From Lysobacterales bacterium (GTDB taxonomy: Bacteria; Pseudomonadota; Gammaproteobacteria; Xanthomonadales; SZUA-38), in the NCBI GenBank assembly GCA_033722075.1, contig JAWVZU010000001.1, positions 129 to 64,128 on the forward strand: a DNA stretch of 64,000 nt. The letters are read 5' to 3'. The notes beneath the pieces were generated by a model. That model was not told where the DNA came from. It ran no database searches and was given only the letters and a program-made list of their open reading frames with translations. Below, piece by piece: positions 41,421 to 49,425 of this stretch. The position numbers were made by a program, and so were the translations under genes. Position 1 is the stretch's first letter; each line of letters opens with the position of its first letter.

Positions 41421-43327
41421 ACCGAAACCTGATCGTCCCGCTGTGGATCTTCCTGCTCATCGTCCTGACCGGCTGCCAGCCGGAATCACCCGAGGCCTCG
41501 CCGAACGAGATGGCAAAGCCTGCGCCTTCGACATCGCAACAGGAATCGCCTGCGAAAGCGGTCGCCGACCCCCACAGTTTCTCCAATGCAAACCAGATCG
41601 CCGTCCGCCACCTTGATCTCGAGCTCGACGTCGATTTCCAGGCGCGCGCCATCGATGGCGTGGTTCGGCTGAGCCTGGAGCGACTGGCCCCGGACGTGGA
41701 CCGGCTGGTGCTGGACACCCGGCAATTGGACATCCGTGAAGTTGCCGGAGATGACGGCCAGCCGCTTGCATGGGAACTCGGCCCTAAAGACCCGGAGCTC
41801 GGCCAGGCCCTGGAAATCCCCCTCCGACCGGAAACCGACGAGGTCACGATTCGCTACCGAACCGCGCCTGGCGCCACGGGACTGCAATGGCTGGAGCCGG
41901 TGCAGACTGCCGGGAAGGCGCATCCCTTTCTTTTCACCCAGGCGCAGGCCATTCACGCCCGCAGCTTCGTGCCCCTTCAGGACACACCTCAGGTGCGCTT
42001 CACCTACGACGCCCTGATCCGCACTCCCACCGAACTCCGAGCGGTCATGAGCGCCGCAAACGATCCCGAAGCCGAGCTGGATGGCGCCTTCGAGTTCTCG
42101 ATGCCACAGGCCATTCCCAGCTATCTCCTGGCCTTCGCTGTCGGCAACCTCGATTTCCAGGCAATGAGCGACCGGACCGGGGTCTACGCAGAGCCGACGC
42201 TACTCCGACCTGCTGCCGAGGAATTTGCCGACACGGAGGCCATGATGCAGGCCACCGAGGCGCGCTATGGACCTTATCTATGGGGCCGCTACGATCTGCT
42301 GATCCTGCCGCCGAGCTTCCCCTATGGCGGCATGGAGAACCCGCGGCTCTCCTTCATCACCCCCACGGTCATTGCCGGAGACCGCAGCCTGGTCTCCCTG
42401 ATCGCCCATGAACTGGCCCATTCCTGGTCCGGCAACCTGGTGACCAACGCGAACTGGAACCACCTGTGGCTGAACGAAGGATTCACCACCTACCTCGAGG
42501 CCCGCATCATGGAACTGGTTTACGGTCCGGAGCGCCGGCGCATGGAAGACGTTCTCGGCTACCAGGCGCTGCTGGAGGATCTCGAGCGCCTGCCCCCGGC
42601 CGACCAGCGACTGGTCCCGGACTACGGCGAGCGGAATCCCGACGATGCGTTCAGCTGGGTCCCCTATGAAAAAGGCCGCCTGTTCCTCGTGTTTCTCGAG
42701 GACCGCTTTGGGCGAGAACGCTTCGACGACTTTCTGCGAGGCTATTTCGAGCATTTCAAGTTCCGCAGCCTGACTACGGACACGTTCGTCCAGTACCTGA
42801 ACCAGCACCTCCTGGCCTCCGATCCTGGTCGGGTGACTCTCGAGGAGGTGGAAACCTGGCTGTACGCGCCGGGCCTGCCGGACAATGCGGTTCTGCCCGA
42901 GTCCGACGCATTCGCCAGGGTGGACGACTGGCGCAGCCGCTGGGTGGACGGCGAGATCGACGCATCGCAGCTGCCCGCAGAGACCTGGACGGTCCACGAG
43001 TGGCTGTATTTCCTGAACAACCTGCCGGACGCGCTTGCCAATGATCGGATGGCGGAACTCGACGCCGCCTACGGATTGACCAGAACGCGTAACAACGAGA
43101 TTGCTCACAGCTGGTTGCGCCAGGCGATCGCCCATCGCTATGAACCGGCCCTGGAGCGCCTCCGTGATTACCTGGCGAGTATCGGCCGCCTCAAACTCAT
43201 CCGTCCGCTCTACAGCGATCTCATGCAGTCCGATTGGGGCGCAGAGCTTGCGCGAACCGTGTATGCGGACGCACGCGCAGGGTATCATCCACAAGCTCAG
43301 GCCACGCTGGATGCCATTGTGCAGTGA
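41417..43327 (+). CDS. M1-family aminopeptidase lipoprotein (leukotriene A4 hydrolase-like)
   Basis: Start re-picked at MNRNLIVPLWIFLLIVLTGC (lipobox). HELAHSWSGN plus WLNEGFTTYLE form the HExxH-18-E zincin signature, and GGMENP is the exopeptidase GxMEN motif. Confidence 0.9.
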   Translation: MNRNLIVPLWIFLLIVLTGCQPESPEASPNEMAKPAPSTSQQESPAKAVADPHSFSNANQIAVRHLDLELDVDFQARAIDGVVRLSLERLAPDVDRLVLDTRQLDIREVAGDDGQPLAWELGPKDPELGQALEIPLRPETDEVTIRYRTAPGATGLQWLEPVQTAGKAHPFLFTQAQAIHARSFVPLQDTPQVRFTYDALIRTPTELRAVMSAANDPEAELDGAFEFSMPQAIPSYLLAFAVGNLDFQAMSDRTGVYAEPTLLRPAAEEFADTEAMMQATEARYGPYLWGRYDLLILPPSFPYGGMENPRLSFITPTVIAGDRSLVSLIAHELAHSWSGNLVTNANWNHLWLNEGFTTYLEARIMELVYGPERRRMEDVLGYQALLEDLERLPPADQRLVPDYGERNPDDAFSWVPYEKGRLFLVFLEDRFGRERFDDFLRGYFEHFKFRSLTTDTFVQYLNQHLLASDPGRVTLEEVETWLYAPGLPDNAVLPESDAFARVDDWRSRWVDGEIDASQLPAETWTVHEWLYFLNNLPDALANDRMAELDAAYGLTRTRNNEIAHSWLRQAIAHRYEPALERLRDYLASIGRLKLIRPLYSDLMQSDWGAELARTVYADARAGYHPQAQATLDAIVQ

Positions 43328-44511
43328 ACCCCGCGCTCAGACAGCGCTTTGACGCCGCCGATCAGCTGCTCACCGAATGGGTGAAGGCCTGGTCCGGGGC
43401 GCCGTTCAAGTCCCCACGGCTGGAGTGGGAAGATGACTTGCCGGAAGTATCCCGGGCGCTGAGGGCCTTGAGCGAACCCGAACTGCGGGAATTGGAGGCC
43501 CATCCCGCCCGTGCCCGCCGCTTTCTGGCGCGCTATCTGCCAACCGTGGCGGACCGATCCGCCCGCCTGGAGCCCGATGTGCTGAAGACCGACGCAGTCG
43601 TTGAAGTGCCGGACGAAGGCATTCCGGGTCGGAAGCGCGAACAGATCCAGGCCTTCGTCGCCCGTATACCGTGGAAGGACCTGCCGATCCTCGAATGGTG
43701 CTCAGGCAAGGGACATCTCTCGCGGGCCCTGAGTCAGGCGACGGGCCAACCGGCACGCTGCATCGAACGGGACGAGCGGCTTGCCCACCTGGGAAGAACC
43801 ATCGCCGAAGAGCACGAGCTACCGGTCGCCTTCGAGGTACTCGATGCCTTGAGCGAGGCGGCCGGCCAAGCACTGGAGCCCAATCAGCTGGCCTGCGCCC
43901 TGCACGCCTGCGGGGAGTTGCACGTCCGCCTCCTCCAGCTTGCCGCCGAAAAGGACGTGCGAGCCCTGGCCGTGTCGCCCTGTTGCTATCACCTGTTCCG
44001 CGGAGACCGCTACGCACCCCTCTCCGGGCCTGCGAAGGCCAGCGCCTTGGACCTGGACCGGGACCAGGTTCGTCTGGCATTGCAGGAGACGGTCACCGCG
44101 TCCCCGGGGGTGCAGGCCAAGCGCATGAAGCTGGCCCAGTGGCGGCTCGGTTTCGATCTCCTGCAACGCGAGATTCGTGGCGTGGATGAGTACCTCCCGG
44201 TGCCCTCCGTGTCGGATCGCATGCTTTCGGCGGGGTTCTCGGCCTTCGTCGGCTGGGCCTCGCGAAAAAAGGGACTGGAGGTTCCCGGCCAGATCGACCT
44301 CGACCATTACGAGGATGCCGGCTGGCAACGCCTCGGAGAGTCGCGCCGCCTCAGCGTCTTCCGCCACCTGTTCCGGCGACCGATGGAAATGTGGCTGGTC
44401 TATGACCGGGCGTTGTTCCTGGCGGAGAACGGCTATGCGGTCGAAGTCGGCGTGTTCTGCGATCGCAAGATCACCCCACGCAACATCCTCATCCGCGCTG
44501 CCGCGAGCTAA
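43324..44511 (+). CDS. SAM-dependent methyltransferase-like protein
   Basis: The GTG at 43324 overlaps the aminopeptidase stop (GTGA). ILEWCSGKGHLSRAL resembles SAM-binding motif I. The family assignment is tentative. Confidence 0.55.
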   Translation: MNPALRQRFDAADQLLTEWVKAWSGAPFKSPRLEWEDDLPEVSRALRALSEPELRELEAHPARARRFLARYLPTVADRSARLEPDVLKTDAVVEVPDEGIPGRKREQIQAFVARIPWKDLPILEWCSGKGHLSRALSQATGQPARCIERDERLAHLGRTIAEEHELPVAFEVLDALSEAAGQALEPNQLACALHACGELHVRLLQLAAEKDVRALAVSPCCYHLFRGDRYAPLSGPAKASALDLDRDQVRLALQETVTASPGVQAKRMKLAQWRLGFDLLQREIRGVDEYLPVPSVSDRMLSAGFSAFVGWASRKKGLEVPGQIDLDHYEDAGWQRLGESRRLSVFRHLFRRPMEMWLVYDRALFLAENGYAVEVGVFCDRKITPRNILIRAAAS

Positions 44512-45629
44512 TCTTCCTTCAGTGCCTCTTCCGCAGGCACGTAATCGTAGTCGAGGTCGTGCGCGACTTCCTTGCAGGTGACCTTGCCCCGGTAGACGTT
44601 CAGCCCGTCGCGCAGGTGCGGATCATCCAGCAGGGCCTGCTTGCCACCCTTGCCGGCCAGCGCCATCACGAACGGCTGGGTGACGTTGTTCAGCGCAAAA
44701 GTGGAAGTATGCGGCACGGCGCCCGGCATGTTGGCCACGCAGTAATGCACAACGTCGTCGACCAGGTAGGTCGGCTCCGCGTGAGTGGTTGGCCGGGATG
44801 TCTCGAAACATCCGCCCTGGTCGATCGCAACGTCGACTGCTACCGAGCCCGGCCGCATCTGGCGGATATGTTCCCGGGTCACGAGCTTGGGTGCCGCGGC
44901 TCCCGGAATCAGCACGCCGCCGACCACCAGGTCAGCGCCGATCACGTGTTTCTCGATGTTGTGAACGTTGCTGAACACGGTCTGCACGAGGCTGTTGAAA
45001 TGGGCGTCGAATTGCCGCAAAACGTCGAGCGACCGGTCCAGGACCACGACCTGCGCCCCGAGGCCCACCGCCATCTGGGCGGCGTTGAAACCGACGTGAC
45101 CGCCCCCGATGATGACCACCTTGGCCGGTGAGACGCCCGGCACTCCGCCGAGCAGCACGCCACGCCCGCCTCGCGCTCGCTCCAGACAATGGGCGCCGGC
45201 CTGAATGGACAATCGACCGGCAACCTCCGACATGGGTGCGAGCAGCGGCAGGCGTCCGCGCGAATCGGTCACTGTCTCGTAGGCAATGCACATGGCGCCA
45301 CTGTCGACGAGATCCCGGGTCTGCTCGGGATCCGGCGCCAGGTGGAGATAGGTAAACAGCACGTGCTCGGGCTTCAGCATCGCCCGCTCGACGGCCTGCG
45401 GCTCCTTGACCTTGACGATCATCTCAGCCTGGTCGAATACGGCCTCGGCCTCCGACACGATGGTGCCGCCCGCCGCCTCGTAGGCCTCGTCTTCCAGTCC
45501 GATGCCGGCCCCCGCCGAGGTCTCGACCAACACCGTGTGTCCCCGTTCGGTCAATTCACGAACCGATGCCGGCACCAGGCCAACCCGGTACTCGTGGTTC
45601 TTGATTTCTTTTGGAACCCCGACGCGCAT
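44508..45629 (-). CDS. ald: Alanine dehydrogenase
   Basis: 373 aa. MRVGVPKEIKNHEYRVGL, VVIIGGGHVGFNAA (NAD fold), and the family length. Confidence 0.93.
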   Translation of the reverse strand: MRVGVPKEIKNHEYRVGLVPASVRELTERGHTVLVETSAGAGIGLEDEAYEAAGGTIVSEAEAVFDQAEMIVKVKEPQAVERAMLKPEHVLFTYLHLAPDPEQTRDLVDSGAMCIAYETVTDSRGRLPLLAPMSEVAGRLSIQAGAHCLERARGGRGVLLGGVPGVSPAKVVIIGGGHVGFNAAQMAVGLGAQVVVLDRSLDVLRQFDAHFNSLVQTVFSNVHNIEKHVIGADLVVGGVLIPGAAAPKLVTREHIRQMRPGSVAVDVAIDQGGCFETSRPTTHAEPTYLVDDVVHYCVANMPGAVPHTSTFALNNVTQPFVMALAGKGGKQALLDDPHLRDGLNVYRGKVTCKEVAHDLDYDYVPAEEALKED

Positions 45630-45733
45630 GTCCAGTCCTCCAACCGCTGTCTGACCGGCATTTTAACCCGATCGGCAGACAAACCTCGCCCCCTTGGATC
45701 AAGAGATTTGCGTCGGAACGGGGCGACTCAGGC

Positions 45734-46054
45734 CTAACGCCAGAGACGGTCGAAAGACCGGATCAACTCGACCAGCCGGTCGCCGGGCAGATCATGCTCC
45801 TCACAGAACCACTCGGCCATCGGCGAGATATCGCTCTTCCCGGGCAGATCACGACCCGCATCGAGCACCGCGTGGGTGCGCGGAAGAAAGACCCACTGCA
45901 ACCACTGGTTGAACTGCAAGCGGTCGAAGCCGAAGGGAACGTCGCTGTCCAGCGCATCGCCCGCCGGCGGCTGGGACTCCCACAGGCCGAGTCCTCGCAA
46001 CTCTCCGCGAATCTCGAACAGCAGGGCACGGGCAACCTCGTGCCGATCGCTCAT
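45734..46054 (-). CDS. yqcC: YqcC-family (DUF446) protein
   Basis: Start re-picked at MSDRHEVARALL. LQFNQWLQWVFLPR is characteristic of YqcC. ATGA overlap with ogt. Confidence 0.75.
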   Translation of the reverse strand: MSDRHEVARALLFEIRGELRGLGLWESQPPAGDALDSDVPFGFDRLQFNQWLQWVFLPRTHAVLDAGRDLPGKSDISPMAEWFCEEHDLPGDRLVELIRSFDRLWR

Positions 46055-46530
46055 GCACCCGCCTCCTCCGACCGGCGGACGTTGTCCTGCTCCAGGTCGA
46101 GGAGAAAGCGCTTTGTCTCTGCACCGCCCACATAGCCTCCCAGCTGACCGTCGGCACGCACGACTCGGTGGCATGGAACCACGATCGGCAGCGGATTCTT
46201 GCCCAGTGCGCCGCCGACGGCCCGATAGCCGCGCCGGCGACCGGCCGCCGTGGCCAGTTCCGCATAACTGCAGGTCCGGCCATAGGGCACACGATCCAGT
46301 GCGGCCCAGACAGCGCGCTGGAAATTGCTGCCCTCGGGACGCAGGGCCAGAAGAAAACTCTGCCGCCGGCCCAGGAAATACTCGGCCAGCTGGCGGATTG
46401 CCTCATCCAGCACCGCGGCATAGCCCCCGGGCTGTTCGGTCTGACCAAACGCAATCTCGAGGAGGTGACCGCGATCGGCGATCAGGGTCAGTGGTCCCAC
46501 CGGCGACTGAACGACCTTCACGGCTCTCAT
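46051..46530 (-). CDS. ogt: Methylated-DNA--protein-cysteine methyltransferase
   Basis: Start re-picked at MRAVKVVQSPVGPL. It has the active-site motif VPCHRVV and YGRTCSYAELA. Confidence 0.9.
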   Translation of the reverse strand: MRAVKVVQSPVGPLTLIADRGHLLEIAFGQTEQPGGYAAVLDEAIRQLAEYFLGRRQSFLLALRPEGSNFQRAVWAALDRVPYGRTCSYAELATAAGRRRGYRAVGGALGKNPLPIVVPCHRVVRADGQLGGYVGGAETKRFLLDLEQDNVRRSEEAGA

Positions 46531-47054
46531 GGGCGCTGCGATTCCTCGAGCCGGTCCAGAAAGGCCTCGAACAGGCGTTCCAGATCGACCGTATCCGTCA
46601 GCCGGTGACCCGCATCGAGGATGTGCAGCGTGGCCCGGTGTTCGCGGGCAAACCGGATCACCTGATCCGGCGGCACGACGTCGTCGCGCCAGCCGTGCAC
46701 GATATGAATCAGCCCGGTCTTGACCTGGTGGTCGAGGTCGTCGTAGCCCGGCCAGTAGACTGCCGGGGCCATCAGGAACAGCCCGTCGACCGCATGTTCC
46801 CTGGCGACGAATACGGAGACCACGCCGCCCATGCTCGATCCCACCAGGACAACGGATTCGGTGCAGTCGGCGATCACCGAAGACAGCGTCCTGATGCGTT
46901 CGGCGGCATCCATACCGGAGTAATCGGGAGCTTTCGTCATCCAGCCCCGCTCGGCGGCCATGGGGCGCAGCAGTTCGATCTTTCGCGATCGTGGACTGCT
47001 GTCCTTTCCATGCGAAAACACCATCAGGCCCTGGCGTGGCGTTCCCCCGGTCAT
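46527..47054 (-). CDS. Alpha/beta hydrolase (YqiA-like esterase fold)
   Basis: Start re-picked at MTGGTPRQGLMVFSHG. It has the nucleophile elbow GSSMGG and C-terminal HGWRDDVVP ... GHRL. ATGA overlaps at both ends. Confidence 0.65.
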   Translation of the reverse strand: MTGGTPRQGLMVFSHGKDSSPRSRKIELLRPMAAERGWMTKAPDYSGMDAAERIRTLSSVIADCTESVVLVGSSMGGVVSVFVAREHAVDGLFLMAPAVYWPGYDDLDHQVKTGLIHIVHGWRDDVVPPDQVIRFAREHRATLHILDAGHRLTDTVDLERLFEAFLDRLEESQRP

Positions 47055-47974
47055 TCCATGCCCTCCCTGGCCCGAACGGCCGCGAGTTCCTTCTGGCGGT
47101 GGCGCTCCATGAGCGCGGCGCGGCGCTCCTCGTCGACGCTCCCATGGCAATGGACGCAGCACACGTGGGGAATGAATTCCGGCAGGTCCCGCTCACCTGG
47201 ACCGATGGGCATCCTGCAGTTGGGACAAACCTCGTGATCGCCGGCGCGCAGATCGTGATCAACCGTCACCCGGTCGTCGAAGACGAAGCACTCCCCGGAC
47301 CAGAGACTCTCACTCGCATCAACCTCCTCGAGATAGGAGAGGATGCCACCGTCAAGCTGATAGACCGCCTCGAAACCGCGATCCAGGAGATAGGAAGACG
47401 CCTTTTCACAGCGGATGCCCCCGGTGCAGAACATGGCGATGCGACGATCCCGCTCGGGATCCAGGTGTTCGCTCACGAACTGCGGAAAATCGCGGAACGA
47501 CTCGGTCGCCGGGTTCAACGCGCCTTCGAAGGTTCCGAGATACACCTCGTAGTTGTTTCGGGTGTCGATGACCGTTACCCCGGGATCCGCGATCAGCTCG
47601 TTCCACTGGCCCGGCGGAACGTGCGTTCCGGTGCGTCGATCGGGCCGCACGTCCGGCACGCCCATGCTGACGATCTCGTCCTTGAGGCGCACCTTCATGC
47701 GGCCGAAGGGATGCTCCGGATGGCGCGATTCCTTCCAGGTCAGATCGCGCATCGGAGGGTGTTCCCGAAGCCAGGCGAACATCCTGTCCAGACCGGACCG
47801 GTTTCCCGAAACGGTGCCGTTGATGCCCTCCGCGGCGAGAAGAATCGTGCCGCGCAGGCCTTCGGCCCGGCACAGCGCTGCCAGCGGATCACGCAACGAT
47901 TTATACTCCGGCAGTGCGACAAACCGATAGAATGCCGCGACGACCAGTTGCTCTTGTTCAGGCTTTCCATGCAT
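47051..47974 (-). CDS. trhO: Rhodanese-domain tRNA uridine(34) hydroxylase (TrhO/YceA, UPF0176)
   Basis: 307 aa. AAFYRFV, LLAAEGINGTVSG, the rhodanese loop CTGGIRCEKAS, and a C-terminal Cys-rich tail. Confidence 0.88.
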   Translation of the reverse strand: MHGKPEQEQLVVAAFYRFVALPEYKSLRDPLAALCRAEGLRGTILLAAEGINGTVSGNRSGLDRMFAWLREHPPMRDLTWKESRHPEHPFGRMKVRLKDEIVSMGVPDVRPDRRTGTHVPPGQWNELIADPGVTVIDTRNNYEVYLGTFEGALNPATESFRDFPQFVSEHLDPERDRRIAMFCTGGIRCEKASSYLLDRGFEAVYQLDGGILSYLEEVDASESLWSGECFVFDDRVTVDHDLRAGDHEVCPNCRMPIGPGERDLPEFIPHVCCVHCHGSVDEERRAALMERHRQKELAAVRAREGME

Positions 47975-48826
47975 CCAACGCAGTTTAACAAAGGCGTGGG
48001 CATCCTCGCCCTCCTCGTTGCGCTCGCGAGTGACGCGCAGGAAGTTCGCTGGTTCGTCGTTTCCGAGATCGAACCGAACCGAAACCAGTCCTACCTGCTG
48101 CCCTTGGCCGATCCGGAAGCCATAGAACAGGCTCGGGTCCTGGTCGACCAGGGGCCCGGCAACGGCGTCGGGAGCATTGCCAGCGTTCGCATCAGTGCCG
48201 GACCGAACGGGTTCAATCGCGACGTCCTCGCGGAAGGATCACCGTTATGGAGCTGGCACGTGACCGAGTTCCTGGGATTTGCGGACCTTGCAATCGAACT
48301 GTGCGACGGCTGGCCGGGGTTCATCGAACAGGACGTCGGCGCCTTCATCCGCAACACCCAGGGACAGGTCTGCTTCTGGGGCTATACGGTCACCGCGGAA
48401 CTGGATGAAGCGCCGCTTTTCCGGATCAACAGCAGCCTGAACGGCGGCTGGTTCAACCCGGCAACGCCGGGCCAGGGGCTGATGATCGACGTTCTCGACG
48501 ACGACCAGATGTTCGTCGCGTGGTTCACCTTCGAGGAAATGGCGGCGAAGATCGGCGCGCCGGAGCACCGCTGGCTGACCGCCCAGGGCGGCTGGGACGA
48601 GAACCGGGCGGACCTGGGTCTGACCCTGACGACCGGAGGCGTATTCGATGCTCCGGAACCGGTCGAAAATGCGCCGGTGGGCACGCTGGAGCTCATCTTC
48701 GAACACTGCAACCGCGGTGAGGCGGTCTATCGATTTTCCGACGGCAACCCGCCCGACGGGACCTTCCCGATCCAGCGTCTGGTGCCGGACCCATCCTGCC
48801 AGCCCGGCGGCGGCGAGGCGATGTGA
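47969..48826 (+). CDS. Secreted two-domain protein: an unknown N-terminal domain plus one copy of the recurrent C-terminal module
   Basis: Only the last 285 aa of the 611-aa track ORF are credible, because the rest is antisense to trhO. Signal-like MHPTQFNKGVGILALLVALASDA. The module spans aa ~155-277 (GGWFNPATPGQGLMIDV, FVAWFTF, WLTAQGG, GTLELIFEHC ... PSC). Confidence 0.65.
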   Translation: MHPTQFNKGVGILALLVALASDAQEVRWFVVSEIEPNRNQSYLLPLADPEAIEQARVLVDQGPGNGVGSIASVRISAGPNGFNRDVLAEGSPLWSWHVTEFLGFADLAIELCDGWPGFIEQDVGAFIRNTQGQVCFWGYTVTAELDEAPLFRINSSLNGGWFNPATPGQGLMIDVLDDDQMFVAWFTFEEMAAKIGAPEHRWLTAQGGWDENRADLGLTLTTGGVFDAPEPVENAPVGTLELIFEHCNRGEAVYRFSDGNPPDGTFPIQRLVPDPSCQPGGGEAM

Positions 48827-49395
48827 CCCGCTACGCCCACCCCGACTGGGTCAGCTACCAGGACAAGCTGGACCAGCGTGACCCCCACCTGGTCGATCTG
48901 GTCGTCATCCACTGCACCGAACTACCGGATATGGCGACGGCCCGGGAGTACGCGGAACGCATTCTGTACGAGTCGGGGACCGGCGCTTGCGGACATTTCT
49001 ACATCGACCGCTCCGGAAAGCGATTGCAATACGTGCGGATCGATCGGATCGCCCACCACGTCCGCAACCATAACGAGCGCTCGATCGGCGTCGAACTGGT
49101 CAACCTCGGTCGTTATCCGGACTGGCTGCACAGCGACCATCAGGCGATGACGGAAAGCTACCCACCCGAACAGATCGAGAGCCTGATCGAGTTGCTGGAG
49201 CGCCTCGTCGAGGATCTTCCGGAGTTGCGATACATCGCCGGCCACGAGGACCTGGATACGGCCCTGGTTCCGTCCGAGAACGAACCATCGATCCAGGTCC
49301 GTCGAAAGGTCGATCCCGGGCCCCTGTTTCCCTGGGAAACGGTGCTCGGGCACGTGCCCCTGCAACGCCTCGACTCCAGCGATAAACTACGTTAA
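48823..49395 (+). CDS. N-acetylmuramoyl-L-alanine amidase (Amidase_2/AmpD-like)
   Basis: 190 aa. VVIHCTE, GHFYIDRSG, HVRNHNERSIGVELVN and IAGHEDLD are PGRP/AmpD zinc-amidase motifs. ATGA overlap with the upstream secreted-protein gene. Confidence 0.85.
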   Translation: MTRYAHPDWVSYQDKLDQRDPHLVDLVVIHCTELPDMATAREYAERILYESGTGACGHFYIDRSGKRLQYVRIDRIAHHVRNHNERSIGVELVNLGRYPDWLHSDHQAMTESYPPEQIESLIELLERLVEDLPELRYIAGHEDLDTALVPSENEPSIQVRRKVDPGPLFPWETVLGHVPLQRLDSSDKLR

Positions 49396-49425
49396 TCTTC
49401 GTAGACTGACACCCAGGGGGATTCC

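Noticed and set aside
46991-47968. N-terminal 326 codons of the 611-aa track ORF 46991-48826
   Set aside because: This part is antisense to trhO and the alpha/beta hydrolase and has no features. A signal-peptide-like sequence begins at the internal Met at 47969, so only 47969-48826 is called.
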